Positions 55,558 through 64,000 of a DNA stretch of 64,000 bases are shown here, piece by piece (position 1 is the first letter of the stretch; every line of letters begins with the position of its first letter). Source of the DNA: Octopus vulgaris (taxonomy: Eukaryota); NCBI GenBank assembly GCA_951406725.2, contig OX597837.1, positions 33,356,001 to 33,420,000 on the forward strand, read 5' to 3'. Made by a program: the position numbers and the translations under genes. Under the pieces are notes generated by a model. That model was not told the origin of the DNA, ran no database searches, and saw only the letters and a list, made by a program, of their open reading frames with translations.

Positions 55558-56150
55558 GATAGACATTTTCCAGTTAACCATGCTTATAGGAAACTCTTCA
55601 ATAGACACAATTTAAAAATTAGTTTTAGTTCAACTACCAATTTTAAAAACATAATCAATCATAACATACAAAAAACACAAGAAGAAAACAGCTGTTCATG
55701 CAGGAATAAAGAATTGTGCCCGCTAAATGGAGCTTGCATGTCCAAGACCATCATATATGAAGCTACCGTAAACTCTATAACCACTAAAGACACCGTTTTG
55801 ACGAAGAAATACGTGGGCCTGACAGAGGGTAATTTCAAGGCCAGGTTCAATAACCACACTTTGAGCTTTAGGCACTGGAACAAAGAAAAGCGACACAATT
55901 ATCCAATCATATTTGGTCTTTAAGAGATAAAGGTGTCGATTATAACATACAATGGAAGATTTTGGCCAGATGTAAGCCCTATACTAACGGCAGCGGAAGG
56001 TGCGGTTTATGCGACATGGAGAGATGGCTTATCTGGAAAAGCAGCTTAGACCCTACCACATGTCTAAATACAAGGACAGAACTTTTCGGATCATGCCCAC
56101 ATGTGACTAAATTTCTGTTACGTTTTTGGTCCCCTAAAGAAAACGGATAG
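55558..56150 (+). pseudogene. PLE ORF C-terminus: linker plus GIY-YIG endonuclease, one frameshift near 55888
   Basis: DRHFPVNHAYRKLFNRHNLKISFS...CSCRNKELCPLNGACMSKTIIYEATV...KYVGLTEGNFKARFNNHTLSF / ATQLSNHIWSLRDKGVDYNIQWKILARCKPY...RCGLCDMER..LNTRTELFGSCPH. Confidence 0.88.
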
Positions 56151-56334
56151 AACATGCTTTCTGTGTTATGTCCCAAGAAGATTTTATATATTTTTATATA
56201 TTTTTATGTATTTTTATATAATTTTTATGACGAAAAATGCGAGCGATGTATAAGTACGCAGGCAAAGCAGAGTTATAACAGAGTAATTTCCCTTCATTTT
56301 TAACGGTATTTTTTCATAACGTTTTCAAATAGCC

Positions 56335-56397
56335 AGATAACCGAAGAGATGGTGTTGTGGATTTCCACTTCGGCATCTGAAACTCAGAGTTTTATCT
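56335..56397 (+). ncRNA. Hammerhead-like motif in the PLE 3' UTR (mirror copy 55095-55157, minus strand)
   Basis: AGATAA-CCGAAGA-GATG..hairpin..CATC-t-GAAA-CTC-a-GAG-T-T-TTATCT; U4 is replaced by C and there is one extra nt before GAAA. Confidence 0.6.
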
Positions 56398-56426
56398 TGA
56401 CTACCGAGTAATGTAACATATTGTAT

Positions 56427-56467
<41 letters not shown>

Positions 56468-56685
56468 TATATATATATATACGTTTGTGTGAGTGTGTTT
56501 GTCCCCCTAGCATTGCTTGGCAACCGATGCTGGTGTGTTTATGTCCCCGTTACTTAGCGGTTCGGCAAAAGAGACCGATAGAATAAGTACTGGGCTTACA
56601 AAAGAATAAGTCCCGGGGTCGAGTTGCTCGATTAAAGGCGGTGCTCCAGCATGGCAGCAGTCAAATGACTGAAACAAGTAAAAGA

Positions 56686-56734
<49 letters not shown>

Positions 56735-56735
<1 letters not shown>

Positions 56736-57095
56736 CAGATTGTATGATGGCTGCATAGTAGTGAGATATGGGCCTAGAATGCAGAAGGTTTGAGAAGACT
56801 GGAAAGAAATGAAGTCAGCTGGCTCCACTGGGTGTGCAATGTGGGTGTACATGAAAGATTTAGTACAAATTAGCAGAAAACTGGGTGTAGGAGGAATCAG
56901 AGAAAAGAAGACTGAAATGGTATAATCGTGTGATGCGTGTGAATGAGGACAGCCGTATAAAAAAGTGCCCTTCACTTAATGTGGCTGGAATCTGCAAAAG
57001 AAGAAGACTCGGGAAGATATGGGATGAAGTGCTGAAAGCTGACCTCAGGATCTTGAGCCCCTCAGATGAGGACCAGAACCTCTGGCAATACGAGT
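56735..57095 (+). mobile_element. RTE-like LINE 3' fragment
   Basis: WYNRVMRVNEDSRIKKCPSLNVAGICKRRRLGKIWDEVLKADL matches the RTE C-terminus also seen at 8170-8280. Confidence 0.75.
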
Positions 57096-57788
57096 GCTGT
57101 ATTTTGGTTCCTCCACCCATGACTGTGATTCCTTCTCCCCACACACACACTACATCTCGTGGTATTTTTTTAGACTCTCTACCTTCCTGGTGCCATCCAT
57201 TTTCGCCTCTTATCTCTTGAAGAATGAAAAATAAAAACCAAGTCAGTGTAAAAGCAGAGACGCATGGTGTTGACTAACTTTCTCAAACTTGTCGACCTTG
57301 TGCTAAATTAGAAAACGCATTATTTTTATCATTTATTTTATTTGTTTTTTTTTTTCCATTAGTCATATCTTTTATCATCGGAATCTGGCTGGAATCTGCA
57401 AAAGAAGAAGACTCGGGAAGATATGGGATGAAGTGCTGAAAGCTGACCTCAGGATCTTGAGCCCCTCAGATGAGGACCAGAACCTCTGGCAATATGAGTG
57501 CTGTATTTTGGTTCCTCCACCCATGACTGTGATTCCTTCTCCCCACACACTACATCTCGTGGTATTTTTTGAGACTCTCTACCTTCCTGGTGCCATCCAT
57601 TTTCGCCTCTTATCTCTTGAAGAATGAAAAATAAAAACCAAGTCAGTGTAAAAGCAGAGACGCATGGTGTTGACTAACTTTCTCAAACTTGTCGACCTTG
57701 TGCTAAATTAGAAAACGCGTTATTTTTATCGTTTATTTTATTTGGTTTTTGGTTTTTTTTTTCCATTAGTCATATCTTTTATCATCGG
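56982..57788. repeat. Recent tandem duplication, 2 x ~404 bp
   Basis: TGGCTGGAATCTGCAAAAG...TTTTATCATCGG at 56982-57381 and 57386-57788, nearly identical. Confidence 0.95.
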
Positions 57789-57944
57789 CCAGCTTTGTCA
57801 GCAAATTGACATAGCACTTTGATAAGAAATTGATATCAACGAATAAAAACAGACAAAATAATAATGGCCAAGAGTAATTGAATCGTTATTTAACAATTTG
57901 ACGCAAAGGGAGTTTGGATATAAATAGATGATGTCTTAAGATAC

Positions 57945-58418
57945 GTCATTGTCATCGTCTTCGTTGCTCTTGGCATCATCGTTGTCATCGCCATCATCAT
58001 CATCATAGTCATCATAGGGATCATCTTCATCATCATCATCATCTTCATCATCATCATCACCGCTGCCACCACCACCGCTATCATCATCATCACTGCTACC
58101 ATCATCATCCTCATCATCACCACCACCACCACTACCATCATTATCATCGCCATCGCCATCATCACCACCATCATCATCATCGTCATCACCACCACCACCA
58201 TCATTATAACCACCATCATCATCATCACTACCACCACCACCACCACCATCATCACCACCACCACCAACATCATCATCATTATCACTACCACCATCACCAC
58301 CACCACCATCATCATCACCACCACCACCATCACCACCACCACCACTACCACCATCACTACCACCACCATCATCATAAGCACCACCACCATCACCACCACC
58401 ATCGCCATCACCACCACA
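57945..58418. repeat. (CAT)n/(CAC)n trinucleotide low-complexity tract
   Basis: Seen directly; source of the poly-M/V ORF. Confidence 0.95.
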
Positions 58419-58689
58419 AATATCATAATTTTACTGTCCCCTTCTCCACACATGCATGGATCAGTTAAAATTCATTGAGGCAGATTTTTCTACAGCTGGA
58501 TGCCTTTCCTATCACCAAACCTCACCTCTTTCCAAGCAAGGTGATATTTCTCTCCTGGCCAAATATGTTCTCACAAAATACTGGCAACGAAGGACAATGC
58601 CTGCATTTAAGTTTACAACTACCATGTGACATAAAGAAAAATGCAAACTCAAACACATGCACACCCACATATATATATATATATATATA

Positions 58690-59153
58690 TTTTAAAATTA
58701 AGGATAAAATCTTTATAAGAAATTATCAGTAGTTAGCATGAAAAACCTCGTAAGAGAAAAAATCTGTAAATTTTTCCACTTTGAAAATATTTATTTATAT
58801 TATATAGAGGGTACTATTATTCATAGGTACCGCACGCTAGGAGGGACTCTTGCAGTCAAAACTACTAAAATAAACAAATTGTACCGAATGCAAAACTTCA
58901 AAGCAAGTCATTTAAAAACAGAATTTAGTTACCTGTGATTTCGCAATCAATGCAGAATATGCATTCTATGCTCTTCAGTGCAACGAACTCAAGACATGTA
59001 AGGAAAAAACACAATACAGCATACCCGACAGCCAACCGTAGAATTCGTCGTAGCATGTACGAATGTTTATCTTTACATATCTATGAAAATGGCGGGCTTA
59101 TTCGCAATGCATTTCAGTAACAATAGTAATAATAGTACCCTCTATATAATATA
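58690..59153 (-). mobile_element. Short element between (TA)n tracts with a 26-bp inverted repeat and a degenerate hammerhead (PLE pseudo-LTR-like)
   Basis: TATATTATATAGAGGGTACTATTATT 58796-58821 inverted at 59128-59153; minus-strand CTGAAGA..long stem II..GAAA-TC-aca-GG-TA at 58921-58990. Confidence 0.5.
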
Positions 59154-62100
59154 TATATATATATATGTATATGTGTATATATCATCATCAACATCGTCAT
59201 CATTTAACGTCTGCTTTCCATGCTAGCATGGGCTGGAAGATTTTGACTGAGGACTGGCGAACCAGATGGCTGCTCTAGGCTCCAGTCTTGATTTGGCAGT
59301 GTTTCTACAGCTGGATGCCCTTCCTAATGCCAACCACTCCGAGAGTGTAGTGGGTGCTTTTTATGTGCCATTGGCACGGGGGCCAGTCAGGCAGTACTGG
59401 CAACGACCTCACTCGAATCCTTTTATACATTCCACCAGCACAGGTGCCAGTAAGATAGTACTCCACCTTACTTAATTGTACTTTCATTAGTTTGATTTCA
59501 TGGTACCATGATTTCCACTGGTATCACAGACACATCCTTCTATCAAACTCCTACTCTACATTCCATTCTTTATGTAACATGTTAACCTAATTATTTAATT
59601 AATGTTAACCTAATTATTTTCATTAATCTGTATTTGCTGAGTTCAATACATTCATCAATAGAGTGATTGGGTTCTCGTTAACCTGATGTCTTTCACCTGT
59701 CACAGGTAAATAAAATAAAGTAAGCACCAGGTAAACAACAAAACTAATTTAACCCTTTAGTGTTCAGATCATTCTATCAAACATAATGCTTATTGATTCC
59801 CATTGATTTGAATTAATCATGTATTATCTCATATCTTCAAGATCTTGATGGTGCAATTACTTCATGTAGAATAACATTGTAGGGTAGGTGTGAGAGCCTG
59901 GATCTGGTCAGTTTGAACATAAAACAGATTAGCTATTTTGGCCGGTTTAAATACTAAAGGGTTAACGGATGATACTCATTCTCTGACGAATGGTTAGTCT
60001 TGAGTCAATTTAAGAAATCATTGTTTGAATAAGTTTAATAATAATGATTTCTGCAAGACTTCCAGAAACAGAAATACAAGATTTGCTTCTGACCAAACTG
60101 TCATGAAAATAAACATTTTGAAACTGGATTTGGCAACTGTCAATTGGATTTTGGATCCATGCCAATTCCCAAGAGCAAAACTGTTCCTGCAATTCTGTTT
60201 ACAAGCATTTGAACAAGAATTAGATTGTTTTTTTTTTTTTGTTTTGTTTTTTTCACCTTTTTTGATAATTTTGGTTTCATGAAGGACAAAAGATTTATTA
60301 TTGTTGTTATTGCTGTCACTGTTTAGCCCATGGTCAATGTTGATCAAGAAGATCTTTAATTAAATGTTTTCTAGCTACAAACATCTATTGTTTTGAGACA
60401 TAGCATATCTAGGACAATATTATTCAGTGTGTCCTTCCATTTTTTTTCTCTCTTTTTGAGATGGTAAAGTATAGATCTAAGAGAGGTTTGGCTGCTATTA
60501 CTCAGCTTATAAAACATCTAAGACTCTTACTTTGGAAGAGAAATAAAATTGGTCTTTAATGATAGAAGTTTCTAAGGTAACGAGCAGACAGAATCGTTAA
60601 CAGTATTTCATCCAGCTTTATGCTTTGAATTCAAATTCTACCGAGGTTGACTTTGTCTTTCATCTTTTTGGGGTGAATAAAATAAGGACCAATTGAGTAC
60701 TGGGGTCGGTGTAATCAACTTACCCTCTCCCTTGAACTTGTTGGCCTTGTGCCAAAATTTGAAATCAGTAATAGCAGTTTCTGTTTAGGGTTTGCAAAGA
60801 GAAACTTTTGGAGAGTGACCAGCATTTACTATTCAACAGAAAAACCAATCAATTCACTCAGGGGACCAAGAGGAATATTTAAGAAATTCAAGGAGGGGCC
60901 AAACACTCTGATGCATGACATGCTGGAGGGAATAGTTTGGAAATCATAACAAGAATTCTGGAAGCTAAGTTGGTATAAAAAATGGTAGAGTTTTACTAAG
61001 ACAAGCAGCTCATGCTAAATGGCAGCATTCAGTTTGGTGAGTTTTGTACAGGAGTGGATTTGTAGCCACATGTGTAGTGGAGTGTGTGTATGAATGTATG
61101 TGTTGGTGTGCATGTAGTTATATGTGCGTAGATGTGTAGCATTTTTGTATGGTGAGTGTTATAAATGGTACAGTGACGTGTGTGTATTGTATATATACTG
61201 ATGTGTGTAGAAGGGTTCCCTATTTTCAAGCATAAAAGTCAACATAGTATTTAACATCATCATAATCTTTCCAAAATCTTCTGCATTTCATGTGGAGTTT
61301 TCGGTTCTTCAAAGCCATCTGGATATATATAGCTTGACCTACACTTTTTGGTTGAAAATTTTCGCCTGAAAGATTCAACATGTATGAGAGAAAATCCAGC
61401 ATGTATATGTAGTATATGCAGTATGGTGGTTATGATGCTGAATCTGGGCTCATCATGTTGGTAAAATGCCATGAGCCCCATTTGGGGATCTGCTAAAAAC
61501 AGTCTCACTGCCGGTTGTTCATTGTATTTAAAGTGAATTGCTTATGTAGACTGCATTTGCAGAGGTGTGTTTAACAATATTTAGTAGTTCAAGTTAGCCG
61601 TTATTAGTTCTGGCTAATTCTAGAGGACATTTTATGTCATAAATTGCAATTTTTGAACTACAAAAATATTGACTGTTTTGAAAACATTCCTTTTTTTTTG
61701 CCTTTCCTGTGAAATCATTGTCGTGGCTGGCACCCATTATGGTGGCATGAAAAGTGCACCATTTGATTGTGATTGATGCCAGTACCACCTGATTGGTCCT
61801 GTGCTGGTGGCATGAAAAAAGCACCATTCGAGCATGGTCAATGCCGGTACCACCTGACTGGCTCTGTGCCGGTGGCATGTAAAAAGCACCATTCGAGCAT
61901 GGTCAATGCCAGTACCGCCTGACTGGCACTTGTGCCAGTAGTATGTAAAAAGTACCCACTACACTCTCGGAGTGGTTGGTATTAGGAAGGGCCTCCAGCT
62001 ATAGAAACCTTGCCAGATCAGATTGAAGCCCGGTGCAGCCTCCTGGCTTGCCAGTCCTTAGTCAAACCATCCAACCTATGCCAGCACGGAAAGCAGACAT

Positions 62101-62599
62101 TGAACGATGATGATGATGATTATTCGCATTTGATGATATAGTTTCATAAAAGCAAAAATGTTTATTATTGCAATTGAATAGAGAAGGATAAATAAGCTTT
62201 TTTCCAGCAATCCCCATTTTCAAAAAATTTATCATAGTTTCCAAAATACGTCACATATGAAGAAAATTTAAATACTATATATTATTTTAACTCCTAACAC
62301 ACCAGGAAAAGCCAATTAAATATGAATAAAAAATTTGGCAATTAATGGGTTTAAACTGTTTTGGTATGCTAAGTAAATAAGTAATTATCTTGTAGAGATA
62401 AAAAAAAGTGCTCACACACACACACATATGTATGTATTCCTGTATGTCCATTTTGTTGATCCTACCAATAATGTGTGTGTGTGTGTGTGTGTCATTATTC
62501 AGTTTATTTCAAGATTTCTTGCCAATAGAGAAAGAACTGGTTTCTAACCTAGATCCAAGGCTCCTTCATTGGAATTTTAACATCAACAACTGGGTATTT

Positions 62600-62619
62600 T
62601 TGTTTGTTTGTATGCATAA

Positions 62620-62652
<33 letters not shown>

Positions 62653-62835
62653 TGTATGTATGTGTGTATGTATGTATGTATGTATGTATGAGTGTTCGTA
62701 TGTATGTATGTGTGTGTGTGTGTGTATGTATTTATGTATGTATGTATGTATGTATGTATGTATGTATGTATGTATGTATGTATGTATGTGTGTGTGTGTG
62801 TGTATGTATTTATGTATGTATGTATGTATGTGCAG
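62600..62835. repeat. (TATG)n microsatellite
   Basis: Seen directly. Confidence 0.95.
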
Positions 62836-63039
62836 ATTTGTATGTTTTATGTATGTATTCTCATGCATATTCTTGCATATCTAGACATGCTCATATATAT
62901 TTAAATAATAAACTTCTGGAAAGTTTTACAGATTTTTACAGTTCCAGTGATGGATTGGATCTGTAGTCTTCGAATTAACTTTCTCCTTTCTGGTTTTGAG
63001 AAGCCTAGTTTCTCAAGATTGGTATTTAAGCAGTATAAA

Positions 63040-63260
63040 GGCGGCGAGCTGGCAGAATCGTTAGCACGTCGGGCAAAATGCTTAGCGGTATTTCACCTGC
63101 TGTATCATTCTGAGTTCAAATTCTGCTGAGGTCGACTTTGCCTTTCATCCTTTCGGGGTCGATAAATTAAGGACCAGTTACGCACTGGGGTCGATATAAT
63201 CGACTTAATCTGTTTGTTTGTCCTCTCTGTGTTTAGCCCCTTGTGGGTAGTAAAGAAATA
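63040..63260 (+). mobile_element. SINE family B with 16-bp TSD
   Basis: TSD GGTATTTAAGCAGTAT at 63021-63036 and 63261-63276. Confidence 0.9.
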
Positions 63261-63430
63261 GGTATTTAAGCAGTATGTTACATATTCCAGGGCCCCAATA
63301 ATTACAGGTATAAACCTCATATTATAAAGTACAATGCTTCTGAAAATTTTGCAGCAACATGCAATAATGTAAATGAGTTTACAGTTTCAAGATTAGACAT
63401 GATAGCAGTGCTACAAGTCATAAAAGGGGG

Positions 63431-63635
63431 CAATATGACACAATGGTCATTTGCCCGAACAAGCATAATTGTTGGTAATTAGTTAAAATTATTGCACATA
63501 TACAAATTCTAAAAACCGTATTTTGTGAAAGATTCCTTTGACGAAAGTTTAGAATTCGTATCTGGGCAATGATTTTAACCAATGGGATTACCAACAATTA
63601 TGCTTGTTTGGGCAAACAACCATTATGTCATATTG
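63431..63635. mobile_element. Diverged palindromic MITE (~85-bp arms), right end abutted by a SINE
   Basis: CAATATGACACAATGGTCATTTGCCCGAACAAGCATAATTGTTGGTAA pairs with TTACCAACAATTATGCTTGTTTGGGCAAACAACCATTATGTCATATTG; the inner arms also pair. Confidence 0.75.
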
Positions 63636-63636
63636 T

Positions 63637-64000
63637 GGAGGCACAATGGCCCAGTGGTTAGGGCAGCAAACTCGCGGTTTCGATTCCCAGACCGGGCGTT
63701 GTGAGTGTTTATTGAGCGAAAACACCTAAAGCTCCACGAGGCTCCAGCAGGGGATGGTGGTGATCCCTGCTGTACTCTTTCACCACAACTTTCTCTCACT
63801 CTTACTTCCTGTTTCTGTTGTGCCTGTATTTCAAAGGGCCGGCCTTGTCACTCTCTGTGTCACGCTGAATCTCCCCGAGAACTACGTTAAGAGTACACGT
63901 GTCTGTGGAGTGCTCAGCCACTTACACGTTAATTTCACGAGCAGGCTGTTCCGTTGATTCGGATCAACCGGAACCCTCATCGTCGTAACCGACGGAGTGC
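63637..64000 (+). mobile_element. tRNA-derived SINE family C, near full length, runs to the window end
   Basis: Head GGAGGCACAATGGCCCAGTGGTTAGGGCAGC..GGTTTCGATTCCC (A/B boxes); body shared with 32903-33185. Confidence 0.85.

Larger units (their letters stand above)
54997..56431 (+). mobile_element. 5'-truncated Penelope-like retroelement (Neptune-type) with inverted pseudo-LTR
   Basis: 472-bp inverted repeat 55061-55532 / 55960-56431; the central ORF fragment has PLE linker and GIY-YIG motifs; hammerhead motif in the 3' UTR. Confidence 0.88.
54801..56687 (+). mobile_element. SINE family A whose internal (TA)n hosts the Penelope-like insertion
   Basis: Head 54801-54960 and tail ~56480-56687 are contiguous family A sequence. 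Confidence 0.9.

Noticed and set aside
57890-58453. Poly-Met/Val ORF
   Set aside because: Product of the (CAT/CAC)n repeat
59978-60032. CTGACGA...GAAA hammerhead candidate
   Set aside because: Stems II and III are too poor to distinguish from chance
62522-62572. Minus-strand TGAAGG-AGCCT..AGGTT-AGAAACCAG motif
   Set aside because: Stem II is plausible, but the core deviates at several positions and stem I is not adjacent
63637-63700. tRNA gene
   Set aside because: tRNA-like SINE head with an internal deletion; no complete cloverleaf

Overview
This is AT-rich eukaryotic non-coding DNA, intronic or intergenic, saturated with (TA)n, (CA)n and (GA)n microsatellites. The repeat families look like those of Octopus (coleoid cephalopod) genomes; this is inferred from recognition, not from a search. 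I found no host protein-coding exon I can support, and nearly all ORFs in the track are microsatellite or SINE artefacts. Supported content: three tRNA-headed SINE families and a (GAT)n-tailed retroposon in dozens of copies; RTE-like and CR1-like LINE fragments; a full-length but decayed cecropia/Hsmar1-like mariner (33217-34490); a Neptune-type Penelope-like element (PLE) fragment with a GIY-YIG domain and a 472-bp inverted pseudo-LTR (54997-56431); a small non-coding LTR element with a tRNA-Trp PBS (TRIM-like, 51661-53310); several MITEs; minisatellites and local duplications. The most striking signal is about ten type I hammerhead-ribozyme-like motifs from mutually unrelated sequence families. 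Two have intact cores and good helices (29845-29896 minus, 41919-41997 plus), one sits in the PLE 3' UTR, and most lie in short elements in or next to (TA)n tracts. Coordinates were counted by hand, and repeat boundaries may be off by a few bases.
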